Assembly: GCA_035479415.1 (NCBI GenBank)
Contig: DATIIS010000030.1
Coordinates: 864 to 64,863, forward strand
Source: Candidatus Saccharimonadales bacterium
GTDB taxonomy: Bacteria > Patescibacteriota > Microgenomatia > Levybacterales > UBA12049
Direction: 5' to 3'
DNA length: 64,000 nucleotides
Shown in pieces: positions 36,418-46,055 of the stretch. The notes below the pieces were generated by a model, which worked only from the letters and a program-made list of their open reading frames with translations, did no database searches and was not told where the DNA came from. Position 1 is the stretch's first letter; each line of letters starts with the position of its first letter. The translations under genes and the position numbers were made by a program.

Positions 36418-37116
36418 ATGTTACCTGATTTTGCAGCAGGAAGACCACCTGAAGAACCAAATAGTCATGTCCAAACATTTTTGGATGGGAGGTTTAATCC
36501 TTCAGCTATTAGTATTGTACATAAAGATGATCAGCCTGGATACTTACGATTAGTGAATAATCATTACAGAGAGCGTGAGCAAGGTCCTATTGCGAGATTG
36601 CTGCAACCTTCTGATCTAATGAATGGACCCCTTACCCTAGGTTCTGAAGAATTTGCTGTTTTTCCTGTAGCTGGGCCTGTATCGATAATGTATGGTACAC
36701 CTGGCTTCTCTCTGGGCGTAGAAGTTTCAAGCATAGATGGAAAGCTTATTGTGAGTTCAGATGCATCTCATTCAGGTCTTGAAAATGACACGCAACCTCT
36801 TGTTATACGGACAGAGTTTTTTTTACAAAAACCATCACTAAATCTAAGTTCAGATGAACTAGCAGAATTTGATAAGCGTCAGGGTGAAAGAGTAGGAGAA
36901 TTAGGAATGCTAGGTTTACTCGGAAGGAGTGCAGTAATTGCGCATCTTCCAAAAAGATACGAAGCGTTTTTCAAAGATCAGAAAGGTGAGACTGAATTAA
37001 TTGAAGGGAGAGTTCAACCTCTGGATCGGTCAGATCGAGTGCTAGTGGGCTTGTTTGGCAATGCGAGTCCCGTCAATGCATATTTTTCATTAGCACGAGA
37101 AGAAGATAGAAGATAA
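36418..37116 (+). CDS. Hypothetical cytoplasmic protein, no recognisable family
   Basis: 232-aa ORF, Arg/Glu-rich, no TM helices. The only plus-strand gene in a minus-strand envelope-gene block. Confidence 0.45.
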   Translation: MLPDFAAGRPPEEPNSHVQTFLDGRFNPSAISIVHKDDQPGYLRLVNNHYREREQGPIARLLQPSDLMNGPLTLGSEEFAVFPVAGPVSIMYGTPGFSLGVEVSSIDGKLIVSSDASHSGLENDTQPLVIRTEFFLQKPSLNLSSDELAEFDKRQGERVGELGMLGLLGRSAVIAHLPKRYEAFFKDQKGETELIEGRVQPLDRSDRVLVGLFGNASPVNAYFSLAREEDRR

Positions 37117-37130
37117 TGATAAATCAATAG

Positions 37131-38102
37131 TTACAGTACGTGGCAGGTTATAGTTTGTTTAATACTATTTGGTTGTGTCAATGTTATACGATCCTGTATA
37201 ACTTTTTTTATTTTGAAAGTAACATAGGATTGTACAGTAGATGTATTGCCAAAAGGACAGTCACCATTATCAGGATAATATATTAATTTATTTATACCCT
37301 TTGTTAATTCATAATTATTTAAGCGGTCGATATTTTCTATTCCATTTAGACGAAGTGTCCCTGCAGTTATAGCTTGAGATGAGCCAATTGTGGCTGTGAT
37401 GTTATATAAGCCTTCTTGAGGAGCGTACATATCTGCGGTAAAAATATAACCATTTCCTTGAGAAATTTCTTTAAAATTGGTAATTGTAACACTATTTTGA
37501 GACGAAGCTTGGTGAAAAAGTTGAAATGTAATATAGCCACTATAAATTAAAAATGGTACAGAGCAAAGGAAAAGTATAAGTGCTGGTTTGAAGCTATTTT
37601 TGCGAAATTTTTTATCAACGAATGAGAAGACAAATTGCGCACCTTTAAAACATAAATACGTAATTACTGGAGTAATAACAGGAAATGGTACATAAAGAAG
37701 TGGATTCGCCCAAACCAAACCTTGTGATAGAAAAAGCATAATAGCCCACACAATAGAGATACTCCATCCAAGAACCAGTCCGATACCCATACCAATTATC
37801 TCAATCCAAACTGGATAGCGAAAAGAAGCATTGTTATTTGAATCATCGACTCTATGTCCAATAAAAAATAGTATGATTGAAATCGGTGTTCCAACGACAA
37901 TAAATGCAATTCGGATAAGCGTAAGGATGGTATCTCCTCCAACTCCTGCAAAAGCACTATTTGTTATATAAAATAAATTAAATGAAATAAGTGCTGTAGT
38001 AAATACGACAGTAAAGCCCAATAGCAGACCTAGAATTTTATACCGATTCCTCGCATAAAATGATGTGTTGGTCGACTGACGTTTATTGTTACTCATATAC
38101 AT
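37131..38102 (-). CDS. Hypothetical polytopic membrane protein
   Basis: 323-aa ORF with about six TM helices and a C-terminal beta-rich domain. Confidence 0.55.
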   Translation of the reverse strand: MYMSNNKRQSTNTSFYARNRYKILGLLLGFTVVFTTALISFNLFYITNSAFAGVGGDTILTLIRIAFIVVGTPISIILFFIGHRVDDSNNNASFRYPVWIEIIGMGIGLVLGWSISIVWAIMLFLSQGLVWANPLLYVPFPVITPVITYLCFKGAQFVFSFVDKKFRKNSFKPALILFLCSVPFLIYSGYITFQLFHQASSQNSVTITNFKEISQGNGYIFTADMYAPQEGLYNITATIGSSQAITAGTLRLNGIENIDRLNNYELTKGINKLIYYPDNGDCPFGNTSTVQSYVTFKIKKVIQDRITLTQPNSIKQTITCHVL

Positions 38103-38138
38103 AGTATGTCATGCTTTTTTCACAAGAGCAATATATTT

Positions 38139-39383
38139 TTATGTTTTATGGTTAATATGCTTTAGGTTTATTCCTAGATTTTTCCATAGTATACTCAAAA
38201 AAATGAGAATATAGACTACATTACCCATAATCCAGGCTGATTGCGTTGCGCCGTGAGTCTGAACATCAGCTATATATCCAATAAGTTGGATAGCATATCC
38301 AAGAAGTAATAAAGAAAATAATGTGTTTCTTAGCTTTTTTTTCAGTTTGTTACTTAGTGAAAGTACGATGATTGCTGCAACAATGAGAAAACTTAGATCA
38401 TGGAAATGTGTATGAGGTGATGTCAGAAGTGTTATAAGAATAAGCATAATCCATTGTAATGAAAATTGTACAGAGTTTGGACTACGTTGTTTGTTCCAAA
38501 CAAAAAGTAACGGAAGGATAAGACAAAGATCCAAGAGTATCCAAGGAAGCTGAATGAGATGGACTGATTGAGTATGAAAAAGGATAAGAAGTGCAGTTTG
38601 TATGGAATGCTGACTCATAAGGTCTACGCCATAAATAGGATCATTTTGAGAAGTGCGCATGAGTGTTTGGATATATGAAGCGATTCCGTTTGGGCCAACA
38701 AGTGCATATGAGAGTGCTATTAAGATAGCCGCACCGCTAAGAAGACCAAGAGTCAATTTGCGCCTTCGTTGTACAAGGACTGCAAGAAAGGGGACAAGAA
38801 AAAAATGCGGTTTGATTAACAATAAAGAAAGCATAAGACCACTTCCGAAGTCCCACTTCTTTTTCGAAAAAATCCATGAAAGCAATAAGATCAAACTAAG
38901 TAAGATGCTAAGCTGGCCAATGAGAAGAGCTGTAAGAATGGGAATAAAAGTGATAGTGCAGATGATAAAAATGATCTTTATAGAGAGTTTGTGTTCACTT
39001 ATTTGCCGATAACCTAAGAAACAAATAATGGTGAAGAGAAGTGAATTTATGATTAGCCAAGAAAGATATGCATTAATTACTCCGAGATGTATGAATGGTG
39101 CAAAAATAATCGTAACAAAAGGAGGATTAATAAATGGAAGAAAGACATGCGTATCTTTGCTAATAGGCAAGATATGTTGTTGACTAATAATCTGAGAATG
39201 GAGATCGTAGAGTTGAGTTGATGAGTGGAATAAAAGATATGCTCCAGTAAAGAATGCAAGAAAGTCCATACCCTTAGGAGCACAGGTGAGCAGGTAGACT
39301 CCAGCATTTCCAATAAGAGATAAAAAAGTAATGATAAAAGCCGCTGCAATAAATGCCAAAAAAAGTTGATATATTTTGGTCAT
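38139..39383 (-). CDS. Polytopic membrane protein, DUF2029/GT87-like glycosyltransferase (tentative)
   Basis: 414 aa, more than 10 TM helices, with an early PKGMDFLAFFTGAYL segment as in GT87/DUF2029 proteins. Confidence 0.4.
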   Translation of the reverse strand: MTKIYQLFLAFIAAAFIITFLSLIGNAGVYLLTCAPKGMDFLAFFTGAYLLFHSSTQLYDLHSQIISQQHILPISKDTHVFLPFINPPFVTIIFAPFIHLGVINAYLSWLIINSLLFTIICFLGYRQISEHKLSIKIIFIICTITFIPILTALLIGQLSILLSLILLLSWIFSKKKWDFGSGLMLSLLLIKPHFFLVPFLAVLVQRRRKLTLGLLSGAAILIALSYALVGPNGIASYIQTLMRTSQNDPIYGVDLMSQHSIQTALLILFHTQSVHLIQLPWILLDLCLILPLLFVWNKQRSPNSVQFSLQWIMLILITLLTSPHTHFHDLSFLIVAAIIVLSLSNKLKKKLRNTLFSLLLLGYAIQLIGYIADVQTHGATQSAWIMGNVVYILIFLSILWKNLGINLKHINHKT

Positions 39384-39459
39384 AGTCTTATTGTATACCC
39401 CACGTAATGATGTAAGAAGAGATAAAAGATGATGATAGTTTGCATGGTATAATCTCTAT

Positions 39460-40077
39460 GTGAATTGGCGCCCAATCCTTCCACCATTTCGTAAATTCAA
39501 AAAAGAAATGTCGGCTGATGTTTCATTATTGGCAGATTTTATCTATCAAATTGGTGAGTCTGAAAATCTACGAAAACAATCCAAAGAAGTTCCTCTTGCT
39601 AAACTTACATCACCTGAAATGATCCAAAAATTCAGATATCTTAAAAAATGTTTGCTTACGTATAGGAAAAAGACTGGATATGGTCGAGGGATCGCGGCTG
39701 TGCAGATTGGAATTCCAGAGCGGTTTGCAGTTATTTATTATAACGAAAAACCGCTTATTATTATAAATCCTACAATTACAAAATCATCGAAGAAGAATTA
39801 TCGATATTCGGAGATGTGTATGAGTGCTTTTCCAATTGTTGCACCAGTTGTGAGGCCTTCCTGGATAGAATTTACTTATTACGACGAGTGTGGAGATAAG
39901 AAGCAATGGGATACCAAAGATAATACTGATGAAGGTCGCATGTACAATAGAGTCTTTCAACATGAGATTGACCATATGGAAGGAATTATCAATATTGATA
40001 GAGTTGATTCTCCTAGAGATTTGATCATGCAATCAGATCCTGAGTTTTATGCTTCGGTGAAGTTTGAGGAATTGTAA
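39460..40077 (+). CDS. def: Peptide deformylase
   Basis: Motif 1 GRGIAAVQIG, motif 2 EMCMS (EGCLS variant, Cys kept), motif 3 QHEIDHMEG. The true start may be the ATG at 39508. Confidence 0.85.
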   Translation: MNWRPILPPFRKFKKEMSADVSLLADFIYQIGESENLRKQSKEVPLAKLTSPEMIQKFRYLKKCLLTYRKKTGYGRGIAAVQIGIPERFAVIYYNEKPLIIINPTITKSSKKNYRYSEMCMSAFPIVAPVVRPSWIEFTYYDECGDKKQWDTKDNTDEGRMYNRVFQHEIDHMEGIINIDRVDSPRDLIMQSDPEFYASVKFEEL

Positions 40078-40217
40078 TTCTTTTACTGGTCCTGCCTCGA
40101 GCTCCTTCCATCAGTGCTCGTTCTAGTGAAGCCATTTATAAGATTTTAATTTCGGTTTGCTTCAAAGAACTGTGCTCTGTCGGGAGCCCTCCGCTCGTGT
40201 CACCCGTTTATTGTAGT

Positions 40218-41552
40218 TTAGAGTATAAAGAAGATCAGTCCTCCAGCTAAGAGAAGTAGCGCACTCGTCCCAACAAGTATATAGGTAGGTGTAGAATTGC
40301 CTGTTGGAGGCATTGTTGGTCCAGGTGTAGTGGGTACTTGAGTCTTTGTCTCTTGTTGGACAACAGGGACTTGCTGGACAACTGTTTGTGTCTGTCCAGG
40401 AACTTGTTGGACAATTGTTTGTGTTTGTCCTGGTGTGTGTATAACAACTTGTTGTGGCGGTGTTGTGACAGTTCTCACAATAACAACTGGTGTTGGAGTT
40501 GGAGCAGGAGTTGATGTTGGTGCAGGTGTAGGCGTTGCTGTGGGCAATGGCGTAGGTGTTGGAGTTGGTCCTGTACATGTGCTTGGTGGACTATTTGTAG
40601 GAGGTGTACTACCACAGACATTGGTTGCTGAGACATTACATTGATAGGTATCAACGCCATTGTCATCAAATGAATATTGTGTCGCAGGTGCCTGGACCGT
40701 GACTGACGTATTTTGTCCGGTTGTAAGATCTTGAATAACGACACTGTAGGAGGTTGCTCCACTAACAGCATCCCAATTACATACTCCTTGTGCTGATGAA
40801 CCATTTGGACAGACTGGACCTGTCGGTGGAGGAGTTGGACTAGGAGAAGGGACTGGACATGTCACTGGAGCACTCGTTGTCGGTGTGCCGGTGCCACAGA
40901 CATTGGTTGCACTGACTTTACATTGATACGGTTTGCCTGGAGTCATGGGAAATGATACTTGAGTTATGGTTGAAGCAACACTTGATGATTGGACGACAGT
41001 TCCGTTGTCTGTTTCTGTCACGACGACATTGTATCCTTGTGCTTCACTGAGTTGATCCCACTTGCAAAGTCCTTGGTCGTTTTGTCCTGAATCGGGGCAG
41101 AAGTTAGGTGGAGGAGTAGGTGTTGGAGCAGTACAATTACTTACTGCTGGATATGTGGCTGATCTTGAATCAGTTCCTGGTGCACCGTTACTCCATTTGA
41201 GACTAAATACGACAGTACCTCCTTTGAGAGAACTCTCTTGTGTATCAATCTGTGCTGTTTTTGTTTGTTTGGCTTTGACTGTTCCAAGATCAACAAATTT
41301 TTTGGTTTGGAGGTCATTGGCAACGACATCCATATTTTGTGCAGTGGAAGTTTCTGTATTCGTAAAGCTTACATTGATGGTCGCTGTTCCGGTCGTGCCA
41401 GAACATTCAGAAGTTGCTGCTTGGCTTGTAAACCAGGCGAAGTTTTGAAAGACTTGCGTATTTTGTGATAGATACACCGTCAGAGGTATCGCAAGAACAA
41501 TTACTGCGAGTACGACAAGAAAATATGGTTTTGGTCTATTAGATACATTCAC
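40218..41552 (-). CDS. Surface protein: N-terminal domain, two FN3-like Cys-containing repeats, PT-rich linker, C-terminal MPPTG sorting-like signal
   Basis: Signal anchor. Two ~80-aa repeats (C..G.C.WD.(L/V)S.A.(G/S)Y.VV...YQC.VSATNVCG). PTPTP linker. Tandem QQVPGQTQT repeat. C-terminus MPPTG followed by a hydrophobic helix. Confidence 0.7.
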   Translation of the reverse strand: MNVSNRPKPYFLVVLAVIVLAIPLTVYLSQNTQVFQNFAWFTSQAATSECSGTTGTATINVSFTNTETSTAQNMDVVANDLQTKKFVDLGTVKAKQTKTAQIDTQESSLKGGTVVFSLKWSNGAPGTDSRSATYPAVSNCTAPTPTPPPNFCPDSGQNDQGLCKWDQLSEAQGYNVVVTETDNGTVVQSSSVASTITQVSFPMTPGKPYQCKVSATNVCGTGTPTTSAPVTCPVPSPSPTPPPTGPVCPNGSSAQGVCNWDAVSGATSYSVVIQDLTTGQNTSVTVQAPATQYSFDDNGVDTYQCNVSATNVCGSTPPTNSPPSTCTGPTPTPTPLPTATPTPAPTSTPAPTPTPVVIVRTVTTPPQQVVIHTPGQTQTIVQQVPGQTQTVVQQVPVVQQETKTQVPTTPGPTMPPTGNSTPTYILVGTSALLLLAGGLIFFIL

Positions 41553-41558
41553 TCTGTT

Positions 41559-42158
41559 TTATTTATTGTTATCTTTAAGTTGGCAATTAGGACAGACAAT
41601 ATTGACATTTTTTACTGGTTCTAGAGTTGGGCAGATCGTTGGAGTTGGTTGATCTGGAGGGGTAGTTGGTGTTGGAGATGGTGTTACAATTGGTTTGGGT
41701 GTAGGAGTTGGTGTCGAGATACATTTACTTACTGCTTTATAACTTGCAGTTCTTGAGTCAGTACCCGCATGTCCATCTGTCCATGAGAGAGCAAAGGTAA
41801 CTGTTCCCGCGTCAAGTGTTGTTTTACTTGTTACGATGGCACTTGTTTTACTAGAGCCTCCTTTGATTGCTCCCATATTTACTGTCTTACCTGTTTGTGC
41901 ATCTTTAGCTGTAACATTCATAGATGTTGAAGTACTTGGCGGTTCGGCATTGGTAAAGGTGACCTCAATATTGGCTCCACTTCCATCAGGAGCACATGCT
42001 GTACTTGCTGATTGATTGGTAATCCAGAGAATTGATTCTGCGTTCTGTTTGAGGTTTTGTTGATTTTGTACTTCGATGACAGTTATGGGGATAATAATAA
42101 TTGCCAGCACGGCAAGTGTAATAGTTATAAGTTTGGGCGATAGAAATAGATTTCTCAT
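41559..42158 (-). CDS. Surface protein paralog (N-terminal domain only plus PT linker)
   Basis: About 130 aa align with the N-domain of the 40218-41552 product (VTFTNAE/VSFTNTE, GTVTFALSWTDGHAGTDSRTASYKAVSKC vs GTVVFSLKWSNGAPGTDSRSATYPAVSNC). Confidence 0.65.
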   Translation of the reverse strand: MRNLFLSPKLITITLAVLAIIIIPITVIEVQNQQNLKQNAESILWITNQSASTACAPDGSGANIEVTFTNAEPPSTSTSMNVTAKDAQTGKTVNMGAIKGGSSKTSAIVTSKTTLDAGTVTFALSWTDGHAGTDSRTASYKAVSKCISTPTPTPKPIVTPSPTPTTPPDQPTPTICPTLEPVKNVNIVCPNCQLKDNNK

Positions 42159-42269
42159 GGGAAAGTAACCCTACTTTAAGGATATGCTGTATAGAGTAAG
42201 ATGTCAAGGTTTATAGGTTTGATCAAAAATAACTTGCTATCTCTTTTATAAATTAGGTACTATTATTAC

Positions 42270-43634
42270 ATGGAGGAAAAATTTGAAGAGATAGTTTCTG
42301 CACCTTCAATTGCACTTGAGAAAAGTGTTGAGGTCACCAAAAAGATAGGTACAGGTGCCATGGGATCTCATTATAAAAGGGCACGAAGTTATTGGACAAG
42401 TCTTGGGCCAGGACTTGTGACTGGCGCTGCAGATGACGATCCGTCAGGTATTGCGACATATTCTCAGCAGGGAGCACAAACAGGCTTCCAACTTCTTTGG
42501 CTTGCATTATTTACCTTTCCACTTATGGCGATTGTGCAAGAGATGTGCGCCAGAATCGGTCTTGCCACAGGACGTGGACTTGCTGGGAATATCCGTATCA
42601 ATTATCCACGATGGGTTATGTATATTTGTGCAACACTTCTTTTTGTTGCAAATACATTTAATATAGGTGCTGATATCGGAGCAATGGCAAAAGGAGTTCA
42701 ATTATTTGCTCCACATTTTGATTTCTCACTTCTTGTTATTTTCTTTACCTTTTTTATGCTTCTTGTGCAGATCTATACTCCTTATGAGAGATATGCGAGA
42801 TATCTTAAGTGGTTGGTGCTTGTCCTTTTTTCCTATGTTGTGACGGGTTTGATAGTCGGTCTTAATCCCGTGACGCTTCTGTATCATGCAGTTATTCCTC
42901 ATTTAACTTTCTCAAAAGATCAGATAATTCTTGTCACAGCTATCCTGGGAACGACAATTTCTCCATATCTTTTTTTCTGGCAAACATCACATGAAGTTGA
43001 GGAAGAAATTCTCCATGGCAAGACTTCTATACGCTTGCGTCAAGAAAATGTAACTGACAAAGAAATTTCTGCCATGAGAACAGATGTCTGGTCGGGGATG
43101 TTTGTCTCAAATTTGGTAATGTTCTTTATTGTGGCTACTTGTGCAGCAGTTCTTTACGCACATGGAATTACCAATATTGATTCTGCGGCTCAAGCAGCCC
43201 TCGCACTTAAGCCACTTGCTGGCGACCAGGCATTTCTTCTTTTTGGGATTGGGATAGTGGGGACAGGGCTTCTGGCAGTCCCTATTCTTGCTGGATCTGC
43301 TGCATATACGGTTTCTGAAAGTTTTCTTTGGAAGCAAGGCCTTTATCGAAAATTAAAAGATGCTCGTGCATTCTATGGAATTATTATTTTAGCGATGATT
43401 CTCGGGCTTCTTCTTAACTTTATTGGTCTTAATCCAATTAAGATGCTTATTTATTCCGCTGTTCTTAACGGACTTGCCGCACCTTTTATACTCGTGCCTA
43501 TTGTGCAAATGACAAGCAATAAAAAGATTATGAAGGAGAGAACAAGTCATCCATTGGTTGCAGGTGTTGGCTGGATTGTTGTTGCACTTATGACTATCTC
43601 AGGAATTGTAACAATTTACACACTATTTACCTAA
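42270..43634 (+). CDS. NRAMP-family divalent metal transporter
   Basis: GPGLVTGAADDDPSGIATYSQQGAQTGFQLLW N-terminal motif and 11-12 TM helices. Confidence 0.75.
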   Translation: MEEKFEEIVSAPSIALEKSVEVTKKIGTGAMGSHYKRARSYWTSLGPGLVTGAADDDPSGIATYSQQGAQTGFQLLWLALFTFPLMAIVQEMCARIGLATGRGLAGNIRINYPRWVMYICATLLFVANTFNIGADIGAMAKGVQLFAPHFDFSLLVIFFTFFMLLVQIYTPYERYARYLKWLVLVLFSYVVTGLIVGLNPVTLLYHAVIPHLTFSKDQIILVTAILGTTISPYLFFWQTSHEVEEEILHGKTSIRLRQENVTDKEISAMRTDVWSGMFVSNLVMFFIVATCAAVLYAHGITNIDSAAQAALALKPLAGDQAFLLFGIGIVGTGLLAVPILAGSAAYTVSESFLWKQGLYRKLKDARAFYGIIILAMILGLLLNFIGLNPIKMLIYSAVLNGLAAPFILVPIVQMTSNKKIMKERTSHPLVAGVGWIVVALMTISGIVTIYTLFT

Positions 43635-43676
43635 TTTTAAACTTTATTTGTTAACTTCCTTATATAATAAGATTCT

Positions 43677-44063
43677 ATGGCTGCGCTTACTATCAGAACT
43701 CACAAAAAAAAGGAAATCATAGATATTACAGATGAAGTTGAGAGTTTAGCTCATAACAAGCCCGATGCCACGCTTTGTATGCTCTTTATCAAACACACAA
43801 CTGCAGCATTGACAACAGCTGATCTTGATCCGGGGACAGATCTTGATATGCTTGATGCATTTGAAGTACTGATGCCGCGTCTTGACTACCGCCATCCTCA
43901 CAATCCTGCGCATGCTCCAGATCACATATTATCATCAATTATCGGGCCATCACTTACTATTCCTATTTCAAATGGAGAACTAGAACTTGGGACATGGCAG
44001 AGAGTTATCGTTGTTGAGTTAGATGGACCACGAGAAAGAGAGATTGAAGTACGTTTCGTTTAG
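43677..44063 (+). CDS. YjbQ/UPF0047-family protein
   Basis: HTTAALTTADLDPG, HAPDHILSSIIGPS and GTWQRVIVVELDGPRER, typical of YjbQ. Confidence 0.8.
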   Translation: MAALTIRTHKKKEIIDITDEVESLAHNKPDATLCMLFIKHTTAALTTADLDPGTDLDMLDAFEVLMPRLDYRHPHNPAHAPDHILSSIIGPSLTIPISNGELELGTWQRVIVVELDGPREREIEVRFV

Positions 44064-44066
44064 CTA

Positions 44067-44459
44067 TTATGTCTGAGGAGTAGACTCTTTATTGATAAAG
44101 AAGTTATTTATCTCATCAACAATTTGCTGAGGGGAGACTTGAGATTTGAGGATATATCCATCCATACCCAACTTAAATGCTTCCTCGATAACATTTTGTT
44201 GTCCGAGATTGGTGATCATAAAAATTGGTGTATTTTTAGATGGTGTAGTGAGCGCACGAACATTCTTAAGAACATCAATCCCAGTCATCCTCGGCATCAT
44301 GATATCAAGAAGTATCATGTCATATTGATTGGCTTTTATCTTCTCGAAAGCATCCATGCCATCGACTGCGACTTGAACGTCGTAACCTGAAAGGGAAAAG
44401 ACTTTACTATAAATATCTCTAATAAAAAAATCGTCTTCAGCTATAAGTAACTTTCTCAT
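44067..44459 (-). CDS. Stand-alone response-regulator receiver protein
   Basis: CheY-like with EDD, phospho-acceptor LLDIMMP, and K in ILKS. No output domain. Confidence 0.85.
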   Translation of the reverse strand: MRKLLIAEDDFFIRDIYSKVFSLSGYDVQVAVDGMDAFEKIKANQYDMILLDIMMPRMTGIDVLKNVRALTTPSKNTPIFMITNLGQQNVIEEAFKLGMDGYILKSQVSPQQIVDEINNFFINKESTPQT

Positions 44460-44460
44460 A

Positions 44461-45687
44461 TTAATTTACGGTTGAATTAGTTGGATTATTTCTAACTATG
44501 ATACCTTGTCCATTTTTGACTGTCAAGAAACCGTTCGTTGTTTGTTGCTGTTGATTTTTTTGAGCCTCAGTTGCTACTGGAAGAGTAAATGTAAAAATAG
44601 ATCCCTTGCCTTGTTGGCTGTCTGCCCAAATTTTTCCTTTGTGCATCTCAACGATTGACTTGGTGATAAAGAGTCCGACTCCACTGCCTTTAGATCCTTG
44701 CTCCAATGATCCTGAAACTCTGAAAAATTTTGTAAACAGTCTTGGAAGCGCTTCTTTTGGTATTCCTTCTCCAGTATCTTGCACAGCAATTTCTAGATGA
44801 TCTTTTCTATCCGCTAGAGTTACAGTAACAGTTCCGTTATTGGGTGTATATTTAATAGCATTGCCGATGAGGTTGATAAATACTTGCCCGATTCTAAATG
44901 GGTCTGCCATAACCATAGGTAAATTATCAGGCATATTGAGCGTAAACGTTTGTTTGCGGGTGAGTGCATCTTGTTTGAAACTTGAATAGATATCTTTGAC
45001 AATAATTGATAAATCAAGTGGCTTGACCTCAACAGTAAGATCATTTCGTTCAATTCGTGAGATGCTTAACAAGTTATCAATAAGACTTGCGAGATTGGTC
45101 GTACTGACGATAAGTCGTGTGAGAAGCTCTTTTGCAGAATCATCAAGATTGGCTGAGTAATGCATCTGAAGAAGTGATGCGTATCCACGGATAGCTGTCA
45201 GAGGAGTTCTGAGCTCGTGTGCGGCCATTGACACAAAATCAACTTTCATCTCTTCAAGTTGTTTCTCTTGGGATGTATCAAGAAGAGTAAGAAGTGTGCG
45301 ACCTTTTGTTCCAAATGCGTCAGGTGTGAGTTTTAACGCAACTTGATATTTTTCGCCATTTCCTTTGAGGAGTGTTAATTTACTCTCAGGTGTATTGTTA
45401 GATTCCCCATAGACACTGTATGGGACAGGAGTATCTCCATTTGAAAATTTTAGAACTTCATCAATAGGTTTGCCGAGTGCATCTTTTGCTGCAATGCCAG
45501 TCATGGTTTCAGCCTTTGCATTGAATAAAAGAATTTTTTGTTTAGTATCTATGACAATTGCGGATTCATTAAGTGATGCGAGGATTTGCGCTTGGGCATT
45601 TTTGATCGCATGAGTATAACTGTAGTTAATAATGAACACAGTTACGATAACTAGAATAATAGCAAGGAAAATCGCCAAAAAAAACAT
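44461..45687 (-). CDS. Sensor histidine kinase (TM, PAS, HisKA, HATPase_c)
   Basis: H-box SMAAHELRTPLTAI, N-box LIGNAIKYT, G-boxes DTGEGIP and GSGVGL. N-terminal TM helix. Confidence 0.9.
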   Translation of the reverse strand: MFFLAIFLAIILVIVTVFIINYSYTHAIKNAQAQILASLNESAIVIDTKQKILLFNAKAETMTGIAAKDALGKPIDEVLKFSNGDTPVPYSVYGESNNTPESKLTLLKGNGEKYQVALKLTPDAFGTKGRTLLTLLDTSQEKQLEEMKVDFVSMAAHELRTPLTAIRGYASLLQMHYSANLDDSAKELLTRLIVSTTNLASLIDNLLSISRIERNDLTVEVKPLDLSIIVKDIYSSFKQDALTRKQTFTLNMPDNLPMVMADPFRIGQVFINLIGNAIKYTPNNGTVTVTLADRKDHLEIAVQDTGEGIPKEALPRLFTKFFRVSGSLEQGSKGSGVGLFITKSIVEMHKGKIWADSQQGKGSIFTFTLPVATEAQKNQQQQTTNGFLTVKNGQGIIVRNNPTNSTVN

Positions 45688-46055
45688 GCCGTAAGTTAAT
45701 ACTGGTAAATTATGAGCTATTTGTCAAGGGAAAGAACGGGAATAGGTGAGTGTACACCAGCGTGTTGAAGAAGTACCATAACTGAGACAGCTATAAAGGT
45801 GATCGCAAAAATTTTCTTTTGGCTGGGAGTTATTTCGAATGAGTTGAAAAAGTTATCTAGCATGGCAGGATAATTACTATACAATAATGAAAATTGGTCT
45901 GCAAGACCTATATAAAATTCATGTAAAAGTTGGGTAAGAAAATTGTAAAGGCGGCACTATATATAATAGTATATGTTAGCCTCGATTTATGCGGAAAAAG
46001 CGTCTTTTCTATTAGTTGTGTGTTCTTACAGAAATTGTTATAATAATCGTTACTT

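Noticed and set aside
40078-40217. GC-rich 140-nt convergent intergenic region considered as an SRP (4.5S) RNA because the minus strand contains GGAAGGAGC and GGCAGGACC strings
   Set aside because: I could not fold a helix-8-like hairpin with a GNRA tetraloop and symmetric loop, and any 3' arm would run into the def coding region. The two short GAGC...GCTC hairpins are more simply convergent terminators. An Infernal scan would settle it.
40162-41448. Several long alternative-frame or antisense ORFs in the track (40162-40578, 40435-40644, 40475-40804, 41062-41448 and others)
   Set aside because: They are shadow ORFs produced by the GC-richer Pro/Thr-repeat coding sequence of the 40218-41552 surface protein. 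Their products are low-complexity and they fully overlap a better-supported gene.
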